From Gammaproteobacteria bacterium (GTDB taxonomy: Bacteria > Pseudomonadota > Gammaproteobacteria > JBCCGL01): DNA of 64,000 bases. A program made the position numbers and the translations under genes. The DNA lies in NCBI GenBank assembly GCA_965277715.1, contig OZ255836.1, forward strand, positions 992,001 through 1,056,000, written 5' to 3'. Position 1 is the first letter of the stretch, and every line of letters starts with the position of its first letter. Below the pieces are notes generated by a model. It was not told where the DNA came from. It made no database searches and saw nothing but the letters and a program-made list of their open reading frames with translations. Positions 34,497 through 43,737 of this stretch are shown in pieces.

Positions 34497-35801
34497 TTAA
34501 CTTTTAATTTCTTCAGGATAAGCAATGTTTTCAACATCGGAGTCCATACCTACCTGTTGAACGCCATCGCTTGCACGCAAAATACCCATTTTCTTCATCA
34601 CGAGGGAAATGACGTATCCTGGGATAAAGCCCAGTAACAGCATGACGATCATGCCCGCAAATTGGCCAAAGAAGCTGATTGCAGGCGTAGTCGATGGGTC
34701 GTGACTGGGGTATCCACCCATAAACAAACCACACGCGAGCAGTCCCCAAATACCGCAAAAACCGTGTACGGAAACAGCGCCCACTGCATCATCGATGCCG
34801 AAACGTTCCAGCAAACGCGCACCCATTGGGCCAATGCAACCACCGACGAAAGCGACACAGAAAGCCAGACCCGGATACCACAGATCAAGACCGGCAGCGG
34901 CGGAGATAACCCCACACAGTGCGCCAGACATCATCCAGAAAGGATCGCGGGTCATGGCGTAACAACCGATGATACCGCCAGCGACAGCCATCAGGGTGTT
35001 AAAACAAAATGCCGACAGCGTAGTGGCACCACCGTAGATATTGGTCCACTCTGTTTCAGTGAAACTGACGGGTGTACCCGGAAAGATCAGGCAGGCACCG
35101 AGGAAACCAAAGAAACCCACAACAATCAGCATAAGACCGGTTGCCGTCATGGGCAGGCTGTGCCCCTTGATAACATTGGCAGAACCATCGGCATTAAATT
35201 TGCCGACGCGTGGCCCCAGGTTAATCAGTACGCCCAATGCAAAGAAACCGGAGATCATATGTACCACACCGGAGGCACCCACATCGTGATAGCCCCAGGT
35301 GGTGACCATCCAACCGGCGTAATGCCAACCCCAGGATGCAGACAGGTTCCAGACAACAGACCCCAGTATTACCGCCAGGATGATAAATGCCATCATGCGG
35401 ATGCGTTCAATCACAGCACCCGACATAATCGACGCTGTCGTACAGGCAAATAATGTAAACGCCCCCCAAAACACGCCCGTGGCGTGATCCGCGAGGTTTG
35501 GCCCCATCGATTCACCCCAGGGAACACCGCCTGCGCCCGCTTCCCAGTCCGGCACAAAGCCGTTGTACATAGCGAGATAGATCCACCAGCCAAACATATA
35601 GAAAGTGGGAATCATAAAGGCGAACGCCAGGATATTTTTAGTGCCGGACGCCAGGGTGTGTTTGACACGGGATGCGCCCATTTCATACATTAAAAAGCCA
35701 GCATGAATCAAAATCATGATCGCCGTCGCCCAATAGTAATAAATCTCAAGATTTATTACATTGGCCGCCGTAATGGCCGCTTGTAGCTCTTCTGGAGTCA
35801 T
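34497..35801 (-). CDS. amt: Ammonium transporter (Amt) family protein, probably methylammonium-associated
   Basis: About 11 TM segments, SGAVIER, D-G-SGVVH and DDAVGAVSVHG twin-His motifs, LGPR-GKF. Confidence 0.92.
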   Translation of the reverse strand: MTPEELQAAITAANVINLEIYYYWATAIMILIHAGFLMYEMGASRVKHTLASGTKNILAFAFMIPTFYMFGWWIYLAMYNGFVPDWEAGAGGVPWGESMGPNLADHATGVFWGAFTLFACTTASIMSGAVIERIRMMAFIILAVILGSVVWNLSASWGWHYAGWMVTTWGYHDVGASGVVHMISGFFALGVLINLGPRVGKFNADGSANVIKGHSLPMTATGLMLIVVGFFGFLGACLIFPGTPVSFTETEWTNIYGGATTLSAFCFNTLMAVAGGIIGCYAMTRDPFWMMSGALCGVISAAAGLDLWYPGLAFCVAFVGGCIGPMGARLLERFGIDDAVGAVSVHGFCGIWGLLACGLFMGGYPSHDPSTTPAISFFGQFAGMIVMLLLGFIPGYVISLVMKKMGILRASDGVQQVGMDSDVENIAYPEEIKS

Positions 35802-36184
35802 AGTCCTCCCCCTTAGTAATCGAAGATTATTAGAAAAATAAATTTATAGTGTCAGTAATCGTTCAACCAGTTTTTTGCTAACTTATGGCACTGTTTACAA
35901 ACGATACCTTATGTAATGCAGCCGGTTGGTTGCATTGGAAGCCGAGTTTACCTGTAAATGGCGCTCAATTGCGATAGGTTTTTTGGTTCTAATTGGTATT
36001 TTTTAGCATAATGTACACGATGGTTATCGCGCTTGTGTGGGCTTCATAATAGATAATGACAGTGAAAGTTATGAATTTGGATGACCAGGTTGATGGTATT
36101 TTACTTTGCATCAATACATTCACTATTGGTATAAATTGGTATAGTCACTGAAAATTGACTGTATTCAGATTTTAGAGGTTATGA

Positions 36185-37096
36185 ATGAACGCGAACAATA
36201 ATTACAATAATGCCACCGTCAACTGGCAGGGAAATAGTGTTTCAATTGATGCCCGTCAAATACCCTCATTTGACGCAGACCAGGCCGATATCGACACCTA
36301 TCGACACGACGGTGTCGTGCTGCTCCAGGGGGCATTTGTTGATTGGGTCGATGTATTGCGCAGAGGCCTGCAACGCAATCTGGATAACCCACAGCAGTTT
36401 GCCTTTCCCTGTGAAAGTAATCCACAGGGCGAGCCGGGGCGGTTTTTCGATAGTTATTGCAACTGGCAATTGATCCCCGAGTACCTCGACTTTATTTCAC
36501 ACACCTGCGCTGCATCAATGGCCGGACAATTTATGGGGGGCACGCGTGCGCAGTTCTTTCACGAACATACTTTTATAAAAACACCGGGAACCCAGCGGGC
36601 AACACCCTGGCACCAGGACTTACCCTACTACTGTGTTGACGGCACCCGGACTGCAAGTATTTATGTATCGATGGATTGCACTGATGCCGATGTCGCAGTG
36701 CAATTTGTCAGGGGCTCACACCGCTGGAACACGCTGTTTTACCCGCGTGTTTTTCTCGATGGCAGTGACTTTGAAGACAGCAGGGTAAACACAGATATGG
36801 AGCGTGCTCCAGATATTGACGCCAACCCCAAACACTACGATATCACCCAGTGGTCACTGGCGCCGGGAGATGCGATTATCTTTGATTTTCGCACATTGCA
36901 TGGCACGGGAAACGCTGAAGTCAAATCGCTGCGGCGCGCTTTTTCAACACGCTGGATAGGTGACGATGTGCGCTATTGCCAGCGTATTGGCACCACCTCA
37001 CCACCCTATAGTAATCACGGTATGCAACACGGTGATGTAATGCGTGAAGACTGGTTTCCTGTGCTTTGGCAGAATACGAACAGCGCGGGTGCATAG
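36185..37096 (+). CDS. Phytanoyl-CoA dioxygenase (PhyH) family Fe(II)/2-oxoglutarate oxygenase
   Basis: TPWHQD, VRGSH, PGD-I-FD-RTLHG, RRA-STR. Confidence 0.88.
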   Translation: MNANNNYNNATVNWQGNSVSIDARQIPSFDADQADIDTYRHDGVVLLQGAFVDWVDVLRRGLQRNLDNPQQFAFPCESNPQGEPGRFFDSYCNWQLIPEYLDFISHTCAASMAGQFMGGTRAQFFHEHTFIKTPGTQRATPWHQDLPYYCVDGTRTASIYVSMDCTDADVAVQFVRGSHRWNTLFYPRVFLDGSDFEDSRVNTDMERAPDIDANPKHYDITQWSLAPGDAIIFDFRTLHGTGNAEVKSLRRAFSTRWIGDDVRYCQRIGTTSPPYSNHGMQHGDVMREDWFPVLWQNTNSAGA

Positions 37097-37170
37097 GTGA
37101 CAACAAAACTGACTGGTGCACAAACAGCCAATCTGATAATCTGCGCCGCTTGAAAAATGGTGGTATTGAT

Positions 37171-37617
37171 ATGTCTACAATTTCAATCTTCGTCGGTTCG
37201 GTTTACGGTACGGCCAAAGCAGTCGCCGACGATGTTAAGGACGGACTGGAAGGTGCTGGGCACAGCGTTAGCGTGATCGAGAATGCCAGGGCCGCCGATC
37301 TGCCTGCAGGCGATGGCGCCATACTGCTGGTGTGTACCTCAACCACCGGAGCTGGCGAATTGCCCGGCAATATCGAACCATTTTACCTTGAACTCAAAGG
37401 CGCCCCACAATCACTGGTACACCTTCGTTACGGCATTATTAATCTGGGCGACAGTTCATTTGGTGATACCTATTGCGGTGCTGGCAAGTTGATGGATGAA
37501 ATGCTTAGTGACCTCGGTGCCAGCGCGCTGGCGCCACCGTTGGAAATCGATGCCTGCGAGACATTGATGCCAGAGGAAGAGGCTGTGCCTTGGGCGGTTG
37601 AGTTGTTGGGGGGGTGA
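37171..37617 (+). CDS. Flavodoxin (MioC/YqcA-like)
   Basis: IFVGSVYGTA, TSTTGAGELP-N, LGDSS-TYCG. Confidence 0.9.
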   Translation: MSTISIFVGSVYGTAKAVADDVKDGLEGAGHSVSVIENARAADLPAGDGAILLVCTSTTGAGELPGNIEPFYLELKGAPQSLVHLRYGIINLGDSSFGDTYCGAGKLMDEMLSDLGASALAPPLEIDACETLMPEEEAVPWAVELLGG

Positions 37618-37692
37618 AGCTGAAATGCTGGTAAAAGCGCTTTAGATTCAGTGCGTTAGGTGGTCGCAGTAGATTCAACTGCGGAATTTAGG
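37613..37692 (+). repeat. Second copy of the right arm of the 945-1123 palindromic element
   Basis: 72 of 80 nt identical to 1042-1121 by manual alignment. Confidence 0.88.
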
Positions 37693-37693
37693 T

Positions 37694-38092
37694 TCAAGGA
37701 GCTAGAATTTCCCAGCCGCTGAATACTATGTCGGTGGCGTTGGTGATTAGGATGCGCTTATCTGCTGTTGCAATTTCCGGGTAGCGCTGTGAGCTGATTA
37801 TTCTGTCCAGGCGCCGGGGGCCAAAGGTGACCAGTGACCCCGGGGTTGGTTTTTTCTGCCAGCTATGGATACGGCTTTTGCCGGTAACTAAGGCGAATTC
37901 TGCGTAACGGTGTTTGTTTGCGTATGTTTGAATAATATTGTCGACTTTGTGCCAATCAGCCTGCATTGCAAATGAAGCGTCGATGCCGATAACAATGCGG
38001 CCCGGTTTTTCTCCCAGCCAATAGTGCCCACCCGCAAATGTAAGCCCCCACACCAGCGACTGAATGGCAAGCCATTTAATAAAAACCTGCAC
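37694..38092 (-). CDS. Hypothetical membrane-anchored protein, degenerate mini-VWA-like
   Basis: N-terminal hydrophobic helix; IVIGIDASFAM resembles VWA strand 1/DxSxS and RILITNA resembles the ILxTDG strand; 4 bp after the VWA gene. Confidence 0.6.
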   Translation of the reverse strand: MQVFIKWLAIQSLVWGLTFAGGHYWLGEKPGRIVIGIDASFAMQADWHKVDNIIQTYANKHRYAEFALVTGKSRIHSWQKKPTPGSLVTFGPRRLDRIISSQRYPEIATADKRILITNATDIVFSGWEILAP

Positions 38093-38096
38093 TGGA

Positions 38097-39866
38097 TTAC
38101 ATCTGGGCGTTTAACAGGTTGCCGATCTTATACGAGACATCGCCTTCGCCCGCGTTGATGCTGGATGCCTCCACCAGCCCGGAAAGTTCTTTTAGCCTGG
38201 GTAAGTCTGCCTCGTAACCAATAGTGTATATCGGTATGGAAAGCCCAGGGATAATCTTTACCAGATCGTCAAAACCATGCCCATCCTTACTTTTACCATC
38301 GGTGAGTATGAAAAGCATCATCCGGTTATCCGGTTTTTGCTGCCTCAGGGTAACCAATTTCATCAGCGAAACGGCAATACCGTCATACATCGCCGTCCCC
38401 CCCCTTGCCGACAAATCCTGAACTGCCGCAAAGAATGCCGCTTTCTGGATAAGGTCGAACTTTTTCGGTTCCAACAAAACCGTTGCACGATCATTAAAAC
38501 GGATTAAGCCAATTTCGTTTTCTGCGGAAATAAAATCACTGCCCGCCAACAAAGCCTTTTTTAACCCCTTGATACGGGAGCCAGCCATAGACCCTGATAC
38601 GTCGGCGAGAAAGATAGCGGTAATAGGCTGGTTGGCATTTTTGTGGGTTTTCCAGATTTTTTGCGCCTTCTGCAGAATGCGGCCATCGGGCAGTTGATAC
38701 GCCGAGGTATAGTCCTTATTGGCGTTGAAGTCATAACGGTCTGCACGTTTTCTATAGGTGGGTTTGTCGGCAAACAGCAAAAAAGCCTTGAGTATCTGCT
38801 GTTGGGTAACATCGAGGTCGCCCACCGAGTACAGCGGGTTATCATGCCGAAAGCCAAAGGGAATAAAAACGTAGTCATTCGCCATAGGGGGGGAGGTTTG
38901 TGCAAAGGTCTGGTATTCCATCACAAAGGCATCCAGTGTGCCGTTACCCGATACAGACTCACGCATCTGCAAGGTGGTCATCGCTACAAAGGGCACGCCC
39001 TGTTGAAAACGTTGCAGCGCACTGACCACTTCAGGTTTTAGCATTTGTTCATCGGTGGCGCCGCTGAAGGCATTCAGTATTGTCACCAGAAAATTCAGGC
39101 CCGTGCTGCTGGCGTAAGGGTTGGTATACCCCATCACCAGTTTGCCCTGCACCACGGCATCGATAAGGTTCTCAACACTCAGGGTGGTGTATTCCTGTTC
39201 AAGCCGTTCGGCGACACTTTTCTTCATCACAATACCGGCTGTATTACCCACCAGGCGCTCCCGCTCAGTGGTAATCTTCACCCCATGCGCACGCACCATT
39301 TCACCCCACAGGGCATTGCTGGGTGTAAAAAGCTGAGGGCGGTATTTACCCGAGGCAATAAATTGATAAGCTGTGCCCGAAGCGACCTTGCGCAAAGCCA
39401 CTTTCGCCGACCGACCATCACTCAGGCGGATATCTGCCGCATTAAAATCGGTCGCCAATTCGGTGAGCCAGCCATCCGGGCCATCGCCAGCTTTTTCGCT
39501 GGATGAAAAAATTTCTATCACCGCTTGTTGTTTACCCCAGATCTGTGGTCCCACACCAATAGGAAACTGGTCAATGGGCGGCAGTGAGTCCATCAGGTTA
39601 TTGGAGGTCAGTGAGACATTAGCGCGGCGCGTGACGATTTTGGTATTCCAGTTAATTTTCTCAACCAGTTTGTGCAGCATCTCTTCGGATTTTTCTCTGG
39701 ACATCGGCCCAGCATTACCCCCTACAAAGTCACAGGCGGTCAGTGCCCCCGTCAGTGCCAATACAAAGACACATGCCATCCATTTGAGAGGGCGTTGGGA
39801 GGTGTTTAGCCGCAACAACACTGTTTCCAAAATTCTCTTAGGTAAAGTAAAAACAGGGATCATCAT
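38097..39866 (-). CDS. Lipoprotein with solute-binding-protein-like domain and C-terminal VWA domain
   Basis: Lipobox LTAC; SSEK, ASG, TNPYASSTG in the SBP-like region; MIDAS DVSGSM, GGTAMYD, LTDG. Confidence 0.82.
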   Translation of the reverse strand: MMIPVFTLPKRILETVLLRLNTSQRPLKWMACVFVLALTGALTACDFVGGNAGPMSREKSEEMLHKLVEKINWNTKIVTRRANVSLTSNNLMDSLPPIDQFPIGVGPQIWGKQQAVIEIFSSSEKAGDGPDGWLTELATDFNAADIRLSDGRSAKVALRKVASGTAYQFIASGKYRPQLFTPSNALWGEMVRAHGVKITTERERLVGNTAGIVMKKSVAERLEQEYTTLSVENLIDAVVQGKLVMGYTNPYASSTGLNFLVTILNAFSGATDEQMLKPEVVSALQRFQQGVPFVAMTTLQMRESVSGNGTLDAFVMEYQTFAQTSPPMANDYVFIPFGFRHDNPLYSVGDLDVTQQQILKAFLLFADKPTYRKRADRYDFNANKDYTSAYQLPDGRILQKAQKIWKTHKNANQPITAIFLADVSGSMAGSRIKGLKKALLAGSDFISAENEIGLIRFNDRATVLLEPKKFDLIQKAAFFAAVQDLSARGGTAMYDGIAVSLMKLVTLRQQKPDNRMMLFILTDGKSKDGHGFDDLVKIIPGLSIPIYTIGYEADLPRLKELSGLVEASSINAGEGDVSYKIGNLLNAQM

Positions 39867-39875
39867 CGCTCCTCA

Positions 39876-40610
39876 TCAATGGGTTGCCGCTGAATACCGT
39901 GAAGCGCGGCTGGCCAGCGCCTCCAATGCATCAATGGCATTACGGTTTTCCAGTGGTGCCTCGGTATGGGCATTGGCCAGTGCTGTACTGACGTTGGTCA
40001 GTGAAGTCATCGCCTCTTCATTTTCCACCAATAACTGCTCTGCCTTAGCCAATTGTTCTGTGTGCAACGCATGGCGCTTTAATAAAGTGAGCCTTTCGGC
40101 ATCCGTTTCAGACATCTGCGCAAGCCGTACCTCCAGTGTCTCAATATCGATACTTTTGACACTCTCCAGCGCCGCACGCAAATTTTTCAGGTTTTGAATC
40201 CCCCCCTGATAAACAGTCTCAGCCGTCTGCTGGTAGCGGTGATAGGTGAACTCATCCGCCTGAAACCGGAGCTTGAGCACATCGATAAATGCCGTCAGTT
40301 TGGTGTTCAGTTGTGTGAGTTGTGCCTGGCCCTGTTCACTTCCCAGACGCATCAGGTCACGGCGCAATATATCCAGGTCATCCGTTTGGTATTGCGTCTT
40401 GCGGGCAGACAGGTAAGCGCGGAATCCATTATCGTACTTGAGCAATACACCCCAGGAAACAAATCCAAACAAAAAAACCGCGACGCCCAATAGGTAACTG
40501 AACAAACCAGCATCCGATTGAAACCAATAGCCTACCGCTACCGCAGCAAGGGTATTGCCAATCGCTACCCCCCAGCTCCAGGGGTAGCTAAAAATACGCG
40601 ACAAAATCAT
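39876..40610 (-). CDS. Two-TM plus coiled-coil protein (XpaC-like TelA partner)
   Basis: Two N-terminal hydrophobic helices then an all-helical heptad-rich region; directly after telA. Confidence 0.6.
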   Translation of the reverse strand: MILSRIFSYPWSWGVAIGNTLAAVAVGYWFQSDAGLFSYLLGVAVFLFGFVSWGVLLKYDNGFRAYLSARKTQYQTDDLDILRRDLMRLGSEQGQAQLTQLNTKLTAFIDVLKLRFQADEFTYHRYQQTAETVYQGGIQNLKNLRAALESVKSIDIETLEVRLAQMSETDAERLTLLKRHALHTEQLAKAEQLLVENEEAMTSLTNVSTALANAHTEAPLENRNAIDALEALASRASRYSAATH

Positions 40611-40624
40611 CGGGCAGCGCCGGT

Positions 40625-41815
40625 TCAGGCTTGAGCCGACGGCTCACTGTGCAGATCCAGCAGCAACGCCTCACCCTGCTCACCGGCCTGCTCCATTTGG
40701 TTAATGGCATCTTCCATTTTGCCATTCAGTTCGTCCAGTTCGAGCACAGATTGCGCCATTTGTGGCAGTGCCTCCTGGCGAAAAGTACTAATATCATTGA
40801 GCGCCGCTTCGACATCGCTGAAAGCGCGTTTCAATGTATCCAGGTCAAGTTGTGAACTGGCCGCCTGTTTTTGTATTTCAGCGCCCTGTGTTTTTAACTT
40901 TTCGGCTGTTTGGGCAATCATATCGTTAGTCGTACTGGTGATCGCCTGCACGCCGGATAACACCCGTTTTTGATTGCTCAGCGCCAATGTGAGGCTGGCG
41001 GCTGTTTGCAAAGCGGTCACGGTCACATTTAGCGAGCGCTCAACACCGCGCATCAGTTCTTTGTTATTGCGAATAATCACCTCCGTCGTCAATACGCCCT
41101 GTTGATTAACCGCCAGTTGATTTTGCAAATCGAGGATGCGTTGGCGTAGGGTAAAGAGAATCTCCTCTTCGAGAAACTTACGGCGTTTATCGTCCAGTTG
41201 TGTATCGGTTTCCAGGCGCTGCACTAACCTGGCATCGACCTGCTGGCCAAACTGGATATAGTCCTGTAACTGAAACGTTAATTCGCGCATCTCCAGCTGA
41301 TCGTCGCTCAAGGTAATATTGTCGCGGCGCAATTGGTCCCTGCCCGCCTTTAAATCGTTAATAATATTTTGTACAACACTATCGACCGACTGGTATTTAA
41401 CGATCCAGCTTCTGAGTGTGCTGCCTACTCCAGGGAGCTTGCCCAGCAAACGCCGAAACCAGCTCATATCAAAATCGAACTGATTCGGGTTGATTTTGGC
41501 AATCGTGTCTTCGAGCTTTATCAGTGCAGTGGCCACCTCGCCACCGTCTTCTGCATCTTCCATCAATCTCGCCATAGGCTGTTTGAGCATCGCACTCTTA
41601 CGGGCGATAGAGGCTTGTAGTGACTGTGCGAGGCTACCCAGGGCACGGGTTTCCTGTTGCTGTTTACGAAGATCCCGTGGTTCGATATCCCACAACTGAT
41701 CGATCAGTTGGTCGGCCTGCTCATCGATACGTTGTTGCCGCTGCGGATTTTCAGTGGGTGCGGACTCAATGACCAGCGCGGTTTTTTGAACAGGTGTCAG
41801 CGGATTATTCTGCAT
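40625..41815 (-). CDS. telA: Toxic anion resistance protein TelA/KlaA family
   Basis: KYQSV, L-RDN-L, LRQR-DL-QLAVNQQG, IIRNNKEL-RGV-R, ALSNQKRVL, TN-MI. Confidence 0.88.
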   Translation of the reverse strand: MQNNPLTPVQKTALVIESAPTENPQRQQRIDEQADQLIDQLWDIEPRDLRKQQQETRALGSLAQSLQASIARKSAMLKQPMARLMEDAEDGGEVATALIKLEDTIAKINPNQFDFDMSWFRRLLGKLPGVGSTLRSWIVKYQSVDSVVQNIINDLKAGRDQLRRDNITLSDDQLEMRELTFQLQDYIQFGQQVDARLVQRLETDTQLDDKRRKFLEEEILFTLRQRILDLQNQLAVNQQGVLTTEVIIRNNKELMRGVERSLNVTVTALQTAASLTLALSNQKRVLSGVQAITSTTNDMIAQTAEKLKTQGAEIQKQAASSQLDLDTLKRAFSDVEAALNDISTFRQEALPQMAQSVLELDELNGKMEDAINQMEQAGEQGEALLLDLHSEPSAQA

Positions 41816-42032
41816 ACTGGTGATTCCATAACGATATAGATATCAAAGTATTTTGCCTCAAATGTAAGCACAAGGGTAAAGAAAATTTGAAGAGAGGAAT
41901 TGGAGGGGTGAAGGGTGAAAAAACCGAACCGCACTGCCGTTACAGTAAAACTTACACCCGATCAAGGTCGAGTGTAGCGGTTTTGTGCAAGCCCTTAGTA
42001 GTAACCATCAGCAATAGGGAATGGCTTGTTTG

Positions 42033-42425
42033 CTATAAAAGCTTATCGATCAGTTTAGATAATGTGAGAAAAAACCCCATCATGCCAATCAGCAGTACCA
42101 TGTTGCGATTGAGTGCTTTTTGTATCGTCGCTTCAACTTCTGCACGCAGTAAGTCAAATTTTCCTTCAAGGGTTACAAACCTTGCCTCAAGTTTTGCAAA
42201 CTTTCCTTCAAGCCCTAGAAAATCCCCTTTTAGTACCTGCACACTTTCGGTGATTTGATCCATGCGCTGGTCGAGGTGGTTGATATGGTTGTATTGTGAC
42301 TTGAGTAGTAAGGTGTTGGTATCATCATTCGATAGGCCTTCACCGTTGATAAAGCGGGTTTCAATTTCGGCCAGTTTAGGGGCTATCATTTTGATTAACA
42401 TATCATCTACTTTGGTGCTATCCAT
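42033..42425 (-). CDS. Hypothetical small coiled-coil protein with C-terminal membrane anchor
   Basis: AGGAG RBS; heptad repeats LEGKFAKLEARFVTLEGKFDLL; hydrophobic C-terminus; lower GC than flanks. Confidence 0.7.
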   Translation of the reverse strand: MDSTKVDDMLIKMIAPKLAEIETRFINGEGLSNDDTNTLLLKSQYNHINHLDQRMDQITESVQVLKGDFLGLEGKFAKLEARFVTLEGKFDLLRAEVEATIQKALNRNMVLLIGMMGFFLTLSKLIDKLL

Positions 42426-42560
42426 AGGATTCTCCTGGGTTTAACCTAGAAAAGGACTTGTGCAAACTTTCGTGAGTCAACTACGTTTCCTAGGTTTAAT
42501 CAAGGCCGCAGCAAATAAGGCGCGACGAAAGCAGAGACCAACAGAAAAAACGATCAAAGC

Positions 42561-42594
42561 AAAAAATAAAGGGGTGAAACACTCACCCCTTTAT
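42561..42594 (-). terminator. Rho-independent terminator after msrP
   Basis: Minus strand ATAAAGGGGTGA-GTGTT-TCACCCCTTTATTTTTT. Confidence 0.85.
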
Positions 42595-42637
42595 ACCCAC
42601 TGACTAGAGTACAGTTAACACCGATAACGGACTACTA

Positions 42638-43624
42638 TCAAAAGAATCTTTTCAAATCCATATCGTCATACAAATGCGCCACTTGCTCGGCGTATCCGTT
42701 AAACATCAGGGTATCGCGCTTTTTGGAAAACAGTGACGCCAGGCCATCCAGTGAGTCTTTGTCTAGCCTGCGCTCTTTTGCCTGGCTCCAGCGCGGGTGG
42801 CTGACCGTGGGGTTAACATTGGAGTAAAAACCGTATTCACGTGGCGATGCGCTGGTCCAGCTCGATGTTGGCATGGTTTCCTGGAAGGTGATTTTGACAA
42901 TCGACTTGATACTCTTAAAGCCGTATTTCCAGGGCACAACCAGGCGCAAAGGCGCGCCATTCTGATTCGGCATTTTCTCCCCATAAACCCCTGTGGCAAT
43001 CAAGGTCAAAGGGTTCATGGCTTCATCCATACGCAAACCTTCCACGTAGGGCCATTGCAGGATGGGCCGCTGTTGTGCCCGCAGGTTGTCCGGGTCGAAG
43101 ATCGTTTCAAATTTTACGTATTTTGCCTCGGCGCGTGGCTTAAAACGCTTTAACAAATCACCCAGTGGAAAACCATTCCAGGGAATAACCATCGACCAGG
43201 CTTCAACACAGCGCATACGGTAGATACGCTCTTCTATCGGGTGTGGTTTGAGAATGTCTTCGAGGGTAAATTTGCCAGGGGCATCGCAGGCACCGTTGAC
43301 TTCAACCGACCAGGGGTCGGTGACTAATTGATCCGCATTTTCTGCCGGGTCATTTTTGCCGGTGCCGAGTTCATAAAAATTGTTATAACTGGTGATTTGT
43401 TCGAGGGTACTGAGGGTGTCGCCGTCCTCCAGTTTGTAACCAGTCTCTACGACATTGGTTAATTTTTCCCCCGCCGACACGGCGGCGCTACCCAATAAGA
43501 GCGGTGGTGCAATTGTGGTGCCCAATGCCAGGGAGGCGGCTTTAATAATACGGCGGCGCTGGCGAAATACAGTTGGGTCAGTAATCTCAGACGAATTGAT
43601 ATCAGAGGAATGTTTAATTAGCAC
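42638..43624 (-). CDS. msrP: Protein-methionine-sulfoxide reductase catalytic subunit
   Basis: SSEIT, Tat motif RRRII, YNNFYE, RCVEAWSMVIPW, QNGAPLRLVVPWKYGFKSIKSI, HPRWSQ. Confidence 0.96.
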   Translation of the reverse strand: MLIKHSSDINSSEITDPTVFRQRRRIIKAASLALGTTIAPPLLLGSAAVSAGEKLTNVVETGYKLEDGDTLSTLEQITSYNNFYELGTGKNDPAENADQLVTDPWSVEVNGACDAPGKFTLEDILKPHPIEERIYRMRCVEAWSMVIPWNGFPLGDLLKRFKPRAEAKYVKFETIFDPDNLRAQQRPILQWPYVEGLRMDEAMNPLTLIATGVYGEKMPNQNGAPLRLVVPWKYGFKSIKSIVKITFQETMPTSSWTSASPREYGFYSNVNPTVSHPRWSQAKERRLDKDSLDGLASLFSKKRDTLMFNGYAEQVAHLYDDMDLKRFF

Positions 43625-43737
43625 AGGTTGTCAGCTCCTGGTTATCCGCATTGCGGTATTATTGGATAGTGATTGATCGTGTGTAGAGTGTCGTTGCACT
43701 GTAAAGTTCCGCTTGGTATTTGACAAGCGGGATAAGC

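Noticed and set aside
34662-35453. Long antisense ORFs (also 54156-55127 and 56198-57250)
   Set aside because: Shadows of well-supported genes on the opposite strand, with no recognisable motifs
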